From positions 62,001 to 126,000 of the IMG/VR virus record IMGVR_UViG_3300042317_001568: a stretch of DNA of 64,000 nucleotides. One strand, given 5' to 3'. A program made the position numbers and the translations under genes. The notes below the pieces were generated by a model. That model saw nothing but the letters and a program-made list of their open reading frames with translations, did not search any database and had not been told where the DNA came from. Positions 50,578 through 60,149 of this stretch are shown here, one piece after another (within the stretch, counting starts at the first letter, position 1; each line of letters begins with the position of its first letter).

Positions 50578-50958
50578 ATGCCAAGCGACGCCGACGAATT
50601 AAACAGCACCGACTTCATGTTTCTGCTGCTTGCCGACCTTTTAGAGAAGCTGCCGTTTCTGCAAGCCGCGCAACGCACCCTCATCCTGACCGAGATGTAT
50701 CGCGGCCCGTTCGGCGCCGGTTGCGACAGTTGTTTAAACCAGCTAGTTTTTGCCGACGAACGCTATTGCACGTGGACTAAGAATTTCGGGTTTCTCGACC
50801 TCGAAACAGGCGACATGGGCGTCTCGCCAAAGGGCGTACCAATGGAAACAATCGGGTACAATTTAAACGAGCTCACCAAGCGCGCCCGGTTGAACATCGA
50901 AAAAAGGAACGGTTTGCATGTCGAAAAACCCGATGCAGGAAATGTGGCGGAGTCCTGA
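50578..50958 (+). CDS. Hypothetical protein
   Basis: 3' part of ORF 50239-50958 that does not overlap the - strand gene. Confidence 0.45.
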   Translation: MPSDADELNSTDFMFLLLADLLEKLPFLQAAQRTLILTEMYRGPFGAGCDSCLNQLVFADERYCTWTKNFGFLDLETGDMGVSPKGVPMETIGYNLNELTKRARLNIEKRNGLHVEKPDAGNVAES

Positions 50959-51595
50959 AACCTTTGCTTCTGTGCTGCTAGCGGCCTATTTGGACGCCTT
51001 TGGCACTGAGGCGCTTGACTGGGACCCGACTACTGCTACCCTTGAAATAGAGCAGGAGTTTGACGTCGACTTGCCACAGGGGTCGCTGGACAAGCTCATG
51101 GTCGCGGTGCAGATGCTCACCACCGACAAATTTTATCGCAGCTTGCCGGACTTTATTACGTTCTGCAATGTGCTGTCGGGGGATGACTACCGCCCCGACA
51201 TGTGGGACCCAGCCGACGCCGAAGAGGTAGCGTGGGGTATCACAGAGGCGATGATTATCTACCCGCCCGAAGACAACGAACTGGAACCTTTTAACGACGA
51301 GATTCGGGCGTACATTGGCGCGGTGCTAGATTCTGAAGGGCTGATGAATCCGCCAGATATTTTACGTATTGCGCTTCGCATGGGGCGCGTTTCCCCAAAC
51401 ATGGAGGATTTTTCGGACGACCCCGCAATGTTTAACGCGGTGTACGATCTCGAAGAGGGCAAGAAAGAAGACATCAATCAAACAATCATTAACCGGACAA
51501 AGCGACTGGCCGATCAGTTTGCCGCGCTAAAACTGCAAAACGGCAAAACAGAAGAAATGGTCACGCTTCTCCGGCAAATGACCACAAGAAAATAG
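50918..51595 (+). CDS. Hypothetical acidic helical protein
   Basis: 225-aa ORF with an AAGGA RBS. Confidence 0.6.
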   Translation: MSKNPMQEMWRSPETFASVLLAAYLDAFGTEALDWDPTTATLEIEQEFDVDLPQGSLDKLMVAVQMLTTDKFYRSLPDFITFCNVLSGDDYRPDMWDPADAEEVAWGITEAMIIYPPEDNELEPFNDEIRAYIGAVLDSEGLMNPPDILRIALRMGRVSPNMEDFSDDPAMFNAVYDLEEGKKEDINQTIINRTKRLADQFAALKLQNGKTEEMVTLLRQMTTRK

Positions 51596-51603
51596 GCTCA
51601 TTT

Positions 51604-51822
51604 ATGTTGGTGCTGGCGCGCAAAAAGAATGAAGAAATCATCATCGGAAGCGGCCCCGACGCCATCGTGTTAAAGGTGATGGAGCTAACGCAAGATCGCG
51701 TGCGGCTCGGCATCACGGCGCCGGCTACCGTCAACATACTGCGAAAAGAACTCATTAAACTTGGAGAAAAAGAAAATGGGCTGGAACGATCGGATGATCG
51801 ACAATCCATACCCGCCGTATGA
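51604..51822 (+). CDS. csrA: Carbon storage regulator CsrA (RNA-binding translational regulator)
   Basis: MLVLARKKNEEIIIG...VRLGITAP..V.ILRKE matches the CsrA signature. Confidence 0.9.
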   Translation: MLVLARKKNEEIIIGSGPDAIVLKVMELTQDRVRLGITAPATVNILRKELIKLGEKENGLERSDDRQSIPAV

Positions 51823-52066
51823 GAGTTACACAGAGCAAGACCACTACGCAGCGTATTTAGAGTATCTAGAGCAGTGCCGGCAAGAGAGCGGAATCAGCTC
51901 ACAAAACGTAAACCCGGCAGAACTAGCTACACACTTACAGGAGCAACCACAGCCGCCAACCTTGTTGTCGCGGTTATGGTTGAGAATTTTTGGCGAAGAA
52001 GTTTCCAAAAACCAACAAGAAAATCACAGACGCCGCGAACAAGAAGACGCGGACGTACCTTTTTGA
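51775..52066 (+). CDS. Hypothetical protein
   Basis: ORF with a GGAG RBS; ends DVPF. Confidence 0.45.
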
Positions 52067-52067
52067 G

Positions 52068-52247
52068 ATGGTGTGGGCGGCGATAGAAAAACTCGACAGG
52101 GACTTGACGTCAGCAGAAGCTGATCGGCTGACGAACGAAGAGTTAAAAATTCTCTGTCAAATTCTCGCGCCGCTGTCGAGTGTCGTCGAAAGAATACACG
52201 ACAAACCTAAAAAAACGCCCCGCCCGAAGGCGAGGCGCAAGGGATGA
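52068..52247 (+). CDS. Small hypothetical protein
   Basis: ATG 1 nt after the previous stop; basic C-terminus. Confidence 0.4.
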   Translation: MVWAAIEKLDRDLTSAEADRLTNEELKILCQILAPLSSVVERIHDKPKKTPRPKARRKG

Positions 52248-52268
52248 CCCGGCTGGGACATCAGTGCG

Positions 52269-53453
52269 TCAGGCGTTGTCAGCCTGCGCGAGCTCGTAAA
52301 GTTTTTCCAGCGGAAGCATGTCGCTGGCGGCTTTGGTCTGCACAACCGCGGCGATCTTCTTTTCCTGCATGAGGCGATCCAGCATGCCGGCCATACCGCG
52401 GTCAAGCGTCGGCACAATGGCCGCAATCTTATCGCGGTCCATGTAAACACCGCCGGACGAGACAGCGTCGGCGAAGTCGTCACCGAGCCAGTTGCGCACT
52501 TCTTCAACAGCAAGCTTTTCGAGGTCGTCGATGGCGTACACATTGCCCGTTGTCGTTTCGACGTTATTTGACATAAAGTCGCGGGCGGCTTTTTCCGTCA
52601 CGGCAAAAAGAATTTCTTCCGGACGCTCAAGCCCGCCGGAGCCGTAGAGGCGCTCAAGCTTGTTCTCGCGGTCGAACGCGTCAACCGCTGCCGCAATCTT
52701 GAGCCGCATATCCTGAGTTCTCGCGGCGTCCGGATTGGCGTCAACAGCGCTCGCCAGCTTGGACAGTTCTTGCCCGGCAGCGGCGTTGCTCCGACGGACA
52801 AGCGCCGCCCGCTCACGCAGCATCTCGCCGGCTACCTTGGCGGCACAGGCGCCGTAACCAGCCGACAGAGACAGCATATGCACCTGCTCGTTAATGTCGG
52901 CATTATACGCCGCGGCCTTTTCGAGAATCTTGTTGGCGATCACATGTCGGTCTGTGAATACAAACTCGTCGCGGAACTTCTCAAAGTGCGCGGCAGCAAA
53001 CTTCACTTCCGGTGCATTCCGAAGGGGCCAGTGCCGGTCTTTGCTGCCGTTTTCGGCAACCCAGACAATGGCGAAATCAGCGTCGTTCAGCTCGTCCACG
53101 CCCCGTGTTTGGTCCGCAGCTGCCTTCTTCTCTACGGCGTAGACCTGCCCAAGAATGCCGAAATATTGCGCGGAATCGTGTATCCTAGTCCTGATAGCCG
53201 ATGCGTCAGCCGGTTTAAACTCGGCGGCTTTGTCGGCAAAGTACACGGCAGACAGCCACGTCGCTGCGGCTGTATGGCACGGATATAGTTTGTTAAGAGG
53301 GTCGGCGTACAGGTGTCGCGGCATTTCGCTGTTCGGGGCCCGCTGCGCTTCCGAGGCGTTCTTTACAAAATCGGGCGGCGCGAATAGAGTCGTTAAACGA
53401 TGTGTCTCCCGACCACTTACGTCGTGAACATGATCCAGCGGAATTGTGCTCAT
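52269..53453 (-). CDS. Hypothetical Ala-rich protein, possibly an internal head protein
   Basis: 394 aa; two similar segments (LYPCHT...SAVYF / HWPLRN...AAAHF); many K-x-A motifs. Confidence 0.6.
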   Translation of the reverse strand: MSTIPLDHVHDVSGRETHRLTTLFAPPDFVKNASEAQRAPNSEMPRHLYADPLNKLYPCHTAAATWLSAVYFADKAAEFKPADASAIRTRIHDSAQYFGILGQVYAVEKKAAADQTRGVDELNDADFAIVWVAENGSKDRHWPLRNAPEVKFAAAHFEKFRDEFVFTDRHVIANKILEKAAAYNADINEQVHMLSLSAGYGACAAKVAGEMLRERAALVRRSNAAAGQELSKLASAVDANPDAARTQDMRLKIAAAVDAFDRENKLERLYGSGGLERPEEILFAVTEKAARDFMSNNVETTTGNVYAIDDLEKLAVEEVRNWLGDDFADAVSSGGVYMDRDKIAAIVPTLDRGMAGMLDRLMQEKKIAAVVQTKAASDMLPLEKLYELAQADNA

Positions 53454-56094
53454 GGGTTTTCCTGCCTGTGTTATTCGCCCGAATAGTCATTTAACCGCGC
53501 TGACGGCTCTGGCCGTGTCGCCGGAACACCCGGCGTTCCCGGCCGTGGTCAATTGTCCTATCTGTCGGCAAAATGGACTACACCTGTTTGAAGACGCCGC
53601 CACAAACGGCGTTTGGCTAAATTGTACCAACTGCCGAGCGCACGGCGATTTTATCACCTTTGGCGCAGCAGTGTGGAATTTAAGTTTACCAGAAACCATC
53701 GTAAAATTCAGCGAGCAAGGTTGCCTATCTGAAGACAAAATCGACCAGACTGTAACAGAATACGAGAAATTTTACCCCCGGCTTACCGCGCTAGAAACGT
53801 TCATTTCTGACTCGTTTGCGCAAACGTGGTCCCACGCGGACGACATTGTAGCCACCCGCCTTCGGGACTGGGGTGTGCACCGTGAAGCCGGAGACAACTT
53901 TAACACGATTGTAGGAGTAGCTGATTATGCGCAGATTACAAAGATTTGTTCGACGCTGGGAAGATCAAAACCAGCTCGATTACGCGAAGATGGGTCCGGT
54001 ATTGTATTTCCTTTTCATGACTTGCCCGGACGCCTAACTGGATTTTTACTGCTCCAATACAACGAGCGACTTGAATCAAAACAGACATTCATACCACTTG
54101 CGCATTACAAAAAAATAAAGCCCGAAGCGGGCTACTTCTTTCTGCAGGCTAGCGTCCTGCCACCAAACCAAAAATTTCGCGACAACCAATTCATTTCAGA
54201 CGACATCCTCTGGGTGCTTCGTGCGCAATGCGCACATCTAAAAAACAAGTTTGAACTGCTTCCACTGTTAGGCAGTTACACCGGCCCCGAAGCAAATAGC
54301 TACGGAAATAGCTGGCAGGGCATGCCGCCCGCCAAAAGAATTTTTTACACACCTACCTACACCCCAGAAAACATTGGGCGCGCATGTAACGCCCGCGGCT
54401 ATGTAGCCGTAAGCAGCACTCACTTCAGGCAGCGCGACCAGTACAACTTTCACGAAAAAGCGATCGGGCGGCTTCGCGACCTACTATTAGGCGCAGAGAC
54501 ATGGCCGAGCGCCTTAGCAAATGCGTTGCGCAACCAGACCGAAGTGGCGGCAAAATCGTTCTGCCAGCGGCTCGTAATCTCGCCTGACAAACTCAGCGGG
54601 TTTTTGACGTCTTTTGATCACGCGTTTTCGGATGGCTTTGTAGATGCTGTGCTAGCCGCCAAAAAGAGCAGCCCGCCGCAGCAGATCAGTGTCCGACAGC
54701 GCTGGGTCCCAATCGCCCGTGAAACCGGGTGGTGGACAGGCAACGGGTTTCAGATTTCAAACGCCAGCCCGCGGATAAAAAAAGTTCTGCAGGCGGATGA
54801 CGGCAGCCGGGTTTACGTCGGCAGCGTTTCTGGAGCAGGCTTTTCATTCGATTTTACGGTTGCGGCAGAACTAGTAGACCGGCAGGGACTGTTTAAGTAC
54901 GCCTCCACCGTTCTAGCCAACAACGGCAAGTTGCTGGTCTACGACACGCGCTGGAACCGAAAAAGCCTGCTTATAGCCATGCAAATGCATCCGCCGGAAA
55001 TAGCGTCTGTTCGCGCCAAGCTTGGCTGGGACGAGCTTACGAACTCGTTCCGGTTTGCGCGCTACGAGATCACAGCCGCCGGTGACATCCAGCGGCACGA
55101 GCTTCTACCCGGACAAACGTATGCAGACAATTTCCCGGAGCCCCATATTCTCGCCCCCGGGATACAACCGCTACTTACCGCGTCAAACTCAAACGCGTTT
55201 GTCTGGGCAACTGCTGCGCATGTAATAGGTAATCTGGTCGCGCCGATCCTGAAGCGAAGCCCGATTGCTTTAGCCCTGACGCCAGAAAATTTCAGCGCCG
55301 GAGCCAAGGTAGCGGCCGCCCTTAACTGCCGACTCACCCAGACAACTAATATCAAAAAGAACTCGATGGGCAATACTGTCGAACGCATTTTGGCCCAGCA
55401 CGACTGGCCGGCCTGCGTTTTAAACGTATTCCACGATAGCGTGTTTAGCCGGATTATTCCGCACTATCATCTGCAGCCCGTTATTATCCGCACCACAAAA
55501 CAATGCGCAATTTCAGCCACAAGCTACGGCTGGCAAACCATCGCGCCCGGCGTGGCCGAAACAGCCCCCGACTGTTCGGCGCTAGCGTACGTACTACCGA
55601 ATTATTTACAAGACAGGCTTCGGCATCGGTGGGCTAACGTTTATCGCCAAAATGACTACGTAGCCGCTATACTCGGCGACCTAAGCGACTGGCTACAAAA
55701 AACGTACGGCGAGACATTCAATCTAGAATTTGCGCGCCGAATTATTTACAATTCGATAAACACACACGAATTGTTGAAACAAGAACTGCGGCACGCAATA
55801 AACCAAAATCGAATCAAGGTCGTGCCGCAGCCGCTCAAAAGACAACAACCCAGCAATTACTTCATAAAACAACATAACGCATGGTGGATTAACAGGCGGG
55901 CAGTCGACAATTACTTTTTCAGCTTACGCAGTACGCCGATCAACTGGGTCGGATTTATTGAGGCGCTCCAAGAAAACGACTTGCTCATCAAGGAAGAAAT
56001 TATTAACAATACTGTCGGTGTATGGATTCCTTCGTCGTGGTGTGACACGCTGCTAACAGCACCGGCGCTGCACTCGGCTAAACACACGGGTTAA
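53446..56094 (+). CDS. Large primase-like protein with N-terminal Zn-binding domain
   Basis: CPIC...WLNCTNC..GDFI resembles a primase zinc-binding domain; IVFPFHD..GRLTG; LGWD; no intact Walker A seen; start uncertain. Confidence 0.45.
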   Translation: MLMGFPACVIRPNSHLTALTALAVSPEHPAFPAVVNCPICRQNGLHLFEDAATNGVWLNCTNCRAHGDFITFGAAVWNLSLPETIVKFSEQGCLSEDKIDQTVTEYEKFYPRLTALETFISDSFAQTWSHADDIVATRLRDWGVHREAGDNFNTIVGVADYAQITKICSTLGRSKPARLREDGSGIVFPFHDLPGRLTGFLLLQYNERLESKQTFIPLAHYKKIKPEAGYFFLQASVLPPNQKFRDNQFISDDILWVLRAQCAHLKNKFELLPLLGSYTGPEANSYGNSWQGMPPAKRIFYTPTYTPENIGRACNARGYVAVSSTHFRQRDQYNFHEKAIGRLRDLLLGAETWPSALANALRNQTEVAAKSFCQRLVISPDKLSGFLTSFDHAFSDGFVDAVLAAKKSSPPQQISVRQRWVPIARETGWWTGNGFQISNASPRIKKVLQADDGSRVYVGSVSGAGFSFDFTVAAELVDRQGLFKYASTVLANNGKLLVYDTRWNRKSLLIAMQMHPPEIASVRAKLGWDELTNSFRFARYEITAAGDIQRHELLPGQTYADNFPEPHILAPGIQPLLTASNSNAFVWATAAHVIGNLVAPILKRSPIALALTPENFSAGAKVAAALNCRLTQTTNIKKNSMGNTVERILAQHDWPACVLNVFHDSVFSRIIPHYHLQPVIIRTTKQCAISATSYGWQTIAPGVAETAPDCSALAYVLPNYLQDRLRHRWANVYRQNDYVAAILGDLSDWLQKTYGETFNLEFARRIIYNSINTHELLKQELRHAINQNRIKVVPQPLKRQQPSNYFIKQHNAWWINRRAVDNYFFSLRSTPINWVGFIEALQENDLLIKEEIINNTVGVWIPSSWCDTLLTAPALHSAKHTG

Positions 56095-56096
56095 TT

Positions 56097-56426
56097 ATGA
56101 CACGTAACAATCGTTTCGACCTCTCCCGCGGCGACGGCCTTGATGATGATTTCATCGAGGAGGAGTGGCAGTTTGTTAGCGACGACGATGACGAGGACGA
56201 CGACGATTTGTTAGAACAACCCCCGGCCCGCGTCAATTGGTACGTTGACGAAGACGAAGATGAAGAAGACGACGACTGGGAAGACGACGAAGACGACGAG
56301 GAAGAAGAGGACGACGAAGAAGACGAAAATGGCTGGGAAGACGACGAAGAAGAAGACGAAGATTTTGTAGACGATGACCCGGCTTACAAAGAAGATTTTG
56401 AGGACGACGACTACTTCGACGAATAA
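56097..56426 (+). CDS. Extremely acidic protein
   Basis: More than half of the residues are Asp/Glu. Confidence 0.65.
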   Translation: MTRNNRFDLSRGDGLDDDFIEEEWQFVSDDDDEDDDDLLEQPPARVNWYVDEDEDEEDDDWEDDEDDEEEEDDEEDENGWEDDEEEDEDFVDDDPAYKEDFEDDDYFDE

Positions 56427-56428
56427 CT

Positions 56429-56899
56429 ATGCAAACTTTCCTGCCCCTGCCGAGTTTTCGGCGGTCGGCGCAGTGCCTTGACAACAAACGTCTGGGCAAA
56501 CAACGGGTAGAGTGTAAACAAATACTTCTCTGCCTCGGGGTGCCGATTGGCGCCCACATACCCGGAAAAAGAGGCTGGCAGTCTCACCCGGCTGTTCTTA
56601 TGTGGTCGGGATACGAAACTGCGTTGCTGACATATAGCATCGTAGTCTGCCGAGAATGGCGGTCGCGCGGGTTTAAGGACCGACTGCGCGACGAGTTTCT
56701 AGCGGCGTATTCTCAGCTCAGACCTACCGTTGCAATAAACCGCTACCCGCCATGGTTCGGCGCGGCGGAATTGCACGCGTCTCACCGCAGTTCGTTGCTG
56801 CGCAAAGACTCAAGGCATTACTCACAGTTCGGCTGGAGTGAGCCCGACGATTTACCATATTTTTGGCCAACACAAAACGCAGCGTTAGTTTCTGCGTAA
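56429..56899 (+). CDS. Pyrimidine dimer DNA glycosylase/endonuclease V-like protein (MSMEG_6728 family)
   Basis: MQTFLP...LD.KRLGKQRVE..QIL...HPAV.MW.GYE...EW..RG...H.SHRS.LLRKD. Confidence 0.8.
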   Translation: MQTFLPLPSFRRSAQCLDNKRLGKQRVECKQILLCLGVPIGAHIPGKRGWQSHPAVLMWSGYETALLTYSIVVCREWRSRGFKDRLRDEFLAAYSQLRPTVAINRYPPWFGAAELHASHRSSLLRKDSRHYSQFGWSEPDDLPYFWPTQNAALVSA

Positions 56900-56929
56900 C
56901 ACGTGTAGTTTTCAAAAAGGAACACACAC

Positions 56930-57949
56930 ATGGCTCGTAAAGAGCACCCTCAAACCCGCGGAATGGCGTCGAGATCAGCTAAGAAAGCCGCCGTTGCCCA
57001 GCCGCCGACCCGAAAAAGAAACGACAATAGCGTCAGACGAATGCCGCTAAAGCAGTGGCTGGCTATTCCCGACGCCCCCGTTCAGCGCAATACTGAGCGA
57101 CACTGGCGCGAGAAGGCCAAGTTTTATCTCAGCACACTGCGCAAAGCTCACTGTACAGTGCATATGGCCGTAACAGAGACGGGGGCAAAATATAAACTTG
57201 ACTCGCATACTCGTTGTTACGGTTGGGTTAACGGCCTAACTGACGCCGTGCCGGACTATGTCGACGTGGTCGTATATCACGTAAAGGACGAAGAAGCCGT
57301 TATCGACGAGTACTATACGTTAGACGGCACCGGGCAGGGTAAAGACGCGGCTGATCAATTGTTTAGCGCGTTCAAACAGTTCGGTATTAAATATGACTCG
57401 GCGTTTTTCCGCGGGTGCAAAGGCATCGTCTCTTCTTTGAAAGAAGCGCTGTGGGAAATAAGTCGGCTGTACGAGATCGACGGGGCGCCTGCCAATTTAC
57501 GCAAAACGTCCGTGCTGACTTGCGTAAAGTTTTTTCAAGAGCAACTCCGCGCCCTCGACGCGATCGCCCCGACGTACGGGCGTTTTGCGGGACCGCCAAC
57601 GGCAGCGTTCTTGTTGGCGCATTTTAAGTACACTGAGCTTGGAAAAAACGTAGCCGACGTCGTCGAGTTTTTCCGGCTGCATCAGAATGACGCCGGCGTG
57701 AAAAACGGCAAACGCCACGACGCGGTTTACGCCATGACAAAAATTATGGCAAAGAAAGGCGGCGGCGGTGCTGGTCATCGACGCGAGCGCTTGAGCCGTA
57801 TTTTGGCTTGCGTTGAGCGCTTTGTCGGCCCCGGAGGCAGGCAAGCCGATTTCCAAAACGGCGGACTCGTTGATATGGAGAATTACCTCATCGAGGAACA
57901 CGCCATACTCGCGAAACGGGGCAAGAAGACCGGCGCGCTTACGCGCTGA
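56930..57949 (+). CDS. Hypothetical protein, possible ParB/Srx-like N-terminal domain
   Basis: QRN...KYKLDSHTR resembles the ParB-like DG.HR motif; basic N-terminus. Confidence 0.4.
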   Translation: MARKEHPQTRGMASRSAKKAAVAQPPTRKRNDNSVRRMPLKQWLAIPDAPVQRNTERHWREKAKFYLSTLRKAHCTVHMAVTETGAKYKLDSHTRCYGWVNGLTDAVPDYVDVVVYHVKDEEAVIDEYYTLDGTGQGKDAADQLFSAFKQFGIKYDSAFFRGCKGIVSSLKEALWEISRLYEIDGAPANLRKTSVLTCVKFFQEQLRALDAIAPTYGRFAGPPTAAFLLAHFKYTELGKNVADVVEFFRLHQNDAGVKNGKRHDAVYAMTKIMAKKGGGGAGHRRERLSRILACVERFVGPGGRQADFQNGGLVDMENYLIEEHAILAKRGKKTGALTR

Positions 57950-57998
57950 TCGCAGCGCAGTTTGCCTATGTAGGTAAATTGTGCATAATTACGCAAAT

Positions 57999-58071
57999 GC
58001 CGGTGTAGCTCAGTTGGTAGAGCCGCTGATTTGTAATCAGCAGGTCGTCGGTTCGAGTCCGACCGCCGGCT
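57999..58071 (+). tRNA. trnT: tRNA-Thr(UGU), CCA not encoded
   Basis: GCCGGTG/CGCCGGC acceptor stem; D arm GCTC-AGTTGGTA-GAGC; anticodon arm GCTGA-TTTGTAA-TCAGC; T arm GTCGG-TTCGAGT-CCGAC. Confidence 0.95.
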
Positions 58072-58113
58072 TTTGCGTTAATTTTGTATACTGTCGTTGC
58101 AAGGAGGCGCGAC

Positions 58114-58554
58114 ATGATATTCAAAATTTGCTGCAAAGACATCAACAACCTGACCACGACAGAAGTCACGACGATTATGTCGCGACTGTCTTGGCCAGAC
58201 TCCGGTAGCGATAGCTCCATTCAAAAAGAGCTCATTAAACGCTACGTAACTGTCACGCCGGGATTAAAACCGGCTATGACGCTAGCGCTGATTTGGATCA
58301 ACGACGAACTGGTTGGGTGGGTCGGAACACGACCATGGCCTGAGAAGTTCAAAGGCAATCCAATTATGGCGCAAACAGTCGAGTGCTTTGTGGACGAAAA
58401 TCATCGCCGCAAAGGTATTGGGCGTATTGGCCTGCAGGCCTTGATAGCTGCGGGTTTTGTGAACAGGTTGCGCCCTGTTTCGGTGTATGCGCCAGAGGTC
58501 ATAAAACTGGCGGAGCAATGTGGCTGCGCCATAGTCATCTACTGCGACTCATAA
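58114..58554 (+). CDS. GNAT-family acetyltransferase
   Basis: FVDENHRRKGIG acetyl-CoA-binding motif A; AAGGAGG RBS. Confidence 0.75.
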   Translation: MIFKICCKDINNLTTTEVTTIMSRLSWPDSGSDSSIQKELIKRYVTVTPGLKPAMTLALIWINDELVGWVGTRPWPEKFKGNPIMAQTVECFVDENHRRKGIGRIGLQALIAAGFVNRLRPVSVYAPEVIKLAEQCGCAIVIYCDS

Positions 58555-58564
58555 GGTAAAATAA

Positions 58565-58942
58565 ATGCCGGAAACAAAACCAAACCCAGACGATACCGTA
58601 ATCTGGCTTCGTCTGACGTTTGAGCAGTTGAAAGACATCAAACCGGGAAGCGAACTGGCAAAAACAATTTTAAGGGATTCGCTTGTGTACGGCTCGGCAT
58701 GGCGGCCGGCCTACATCAACGCCGTCGAGCGGTTGATAATTAATCCGGCGCTTATGCTTGACGAGGACGCGCCAATAAGCGACCGAGAAACGCTAGACGG
58801 CGAAGACGGGGCGTACGTTATGTGCTGGCAGTTTATCCCGCACAGCGCCGTGATTCCACCCACTAACGCGCAAATAGCCGGCCCACCAGCAGCGGCCGAG
58901 TTAAATCGGTTAAAGGCGATCGCAGAAAACCTAGACGTGTGA
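58565..58942 (+). CDS. Hypothetical protein
   Basis: 125-aa ORF with an AAGGT RBS. Confidence 0.55.
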   Translation: MPETKPNPDDTVIWLRLTFEQLKDIKPGSELAKTILRDSLVYGSAWRPAYINAVERLIINPALMLDEDAPISDRETLDGEDGAYVMCWQFIPHSAVIPPTNAQIAGPPAAAELNRLKAIAENLDV

Positions 58943-58951
58943 GGTGACTCC

Positions 58952-59170
58952 ATGCAGCGGTACCATCAAGAAAAACACATCATTGAGCGGCGACGCGAAG
59001 AGGCACGCAATCGCTACGGCTACGACCACGGCAAAACAGGGCGGTACAGAAAAACGCACAACGGTTGTAACGCATCTTCGTGCCAACTGTGCCACCCAGA
59101 GAAATACCCAAAAAGAATTCCCACTAGGAAGGAACAACAGGCTAAATATGACGAACGATCCGGAGGCTGA
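58952..59170 (+). CDS. Small basic protein with C-x4-C-x2-C-H motif
   Basis: GAGGTG RBS; CNASSCQLCH. Confidence 0.55.
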   Translation: MQRYHQEKHIIERRREEARNRYGYDHGKTGRYRKTHNGCNASSCQLCHPEKYPKRIPTRKEQQAKYDERSGG

Positions 59171-59375
59171 CATCCTCAACCTGCCAGTCAGTTACTTCAA
59201 TTTTTCCGTCCGCGCCCGCAAGTGCTTTAGAAAGCTGAACGTCGAGACAATTGGCGACCTTGTTGCCAAGAGCGCTGAAGACTTGATCGAATGCAAGAAC
59301 TTTGGCGTGACGAGTCTTAATGAGGTTCGGGAAAAACTCAGAGATCGCGGGCTATCGCTGAGGGACGACACGTGA
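59148..59375 (+). CDS. Stand-alone RNA polymerase alpha subunit C-terminal domain
   Basis: FSVRARKC...ETIGDLV..S.EDL..CKNFG.TSL.EV..KL...GL.L is the alpha-CTD signature. Confidence 0.85.
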   Translation: MTNDPEADILNLPVSYFNFSVRARKCFRKLNVETIGDLVAKSAEDLIECKNFGVTSLNEVREKLRDRGLSLRDDT

Positions 59376-59722
59376 ACATACTGGAGCAAACAATGGTCGA
59401 TTTTGTACGAAGCATTGAAGAGAAGGCTGAGCATCTCGCCGCTGCCGTAGTGGCCGAGCAAGCGCTGGAAGACGCGCGTATCAATATCAAGCTCGCAGCT
59501 ATCGAGCGCATCATGTCCCGTGGCGACAACACGTTGACGGGAAAGCCGCATTCGTTCTCGTCTGCGGAATCAGTTGTGAATACTGACGACGAGTATCAGA
59601 GTTATCTGGAACGACAGCGCGAAGCTGTCCGCACGCGAATCTTGGCGCGGGGGGCTTACGACGCAGCAGTAGCCGCCGCCCGACTCGCGGCGAATGCCAG
59701 CGAACCACATGCCAACGTTTGA
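59372..59722 (+). CDS. Hypothetical coiled-coil protein
   Basis: GTGA overlap with the previous stop; helical. Confidence 0.55.
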   Translation: MNILEQTMVDFVRSIEEKAEHLAAAVVAEQALEDARINIKLAAIERIMSRGDNTLTGKPHSFSSAESVVNTDDEYQSYLERQREAVRTRILARGAYDAAVAAARLAANASEPHANV

Positions 59723-60149
59723 TGGCGACTACGATGACACGGACGCCAAATATCAGTTAAGCTCTATGGACGCTGTGCGCGACGCTGCCCTTATTATGTA
59801 CGGGCGTTTCGTGGCTGCCATAAGCGGACTAGAGCGCAATGATGACCGCGCTAGCAAGCAGCACTGTCATCTTTCGTTGGAAGAAACTGAAAATATCGTC
59901 AAGAAACACGCTGTCGTAGACGACGCTGTTTACGCTGTCGGGGGCGACACCGAGCAGGAAGCGCGTAAAAAAATTGACGATATGATGACAGAATTGTGCG
60001 ACGCTGTTATGGGCAACGTCGTATCCGAGGGCGTAAAACAAGAGCTCTTTGAGCAGGAGTTTGACTCGGATAAAAACAATTTTGTGTTTACCATCACCGC
60101 TAAAGGAGACGAGCTTAAAACAAGACTCGTTGAGGCTGGAGACGACTAA
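59709..60149 (+). CDS. Hypothetical acidic protein
   Basis: ORF in the operon. Confidence 0.55.
   Translation: MPTFDGDYDDTDAKYQLSSMDAVRDAALIMYGRFVAAISGLERNDDRASKQHCHLSLEETENIVKKHAVVDDAVYAVGGDTEQEARKKIDDMMTELCDAVMGNVVSEGVKQELFEQEFDSDKNNFVFTITAKGDELKTRLVEAGDD

Noticed and set aside
57981-58208. ORF of 75 aa
   Set aside because: It overlaps the tRNA-Thr and the GNAT gene.
58944-59147. N-terminal extension of the alpha-CTD ORF
   Set aside because: It overlaps ORF 58952-59170, which has the better RBS; the domain starts at Met 59148.
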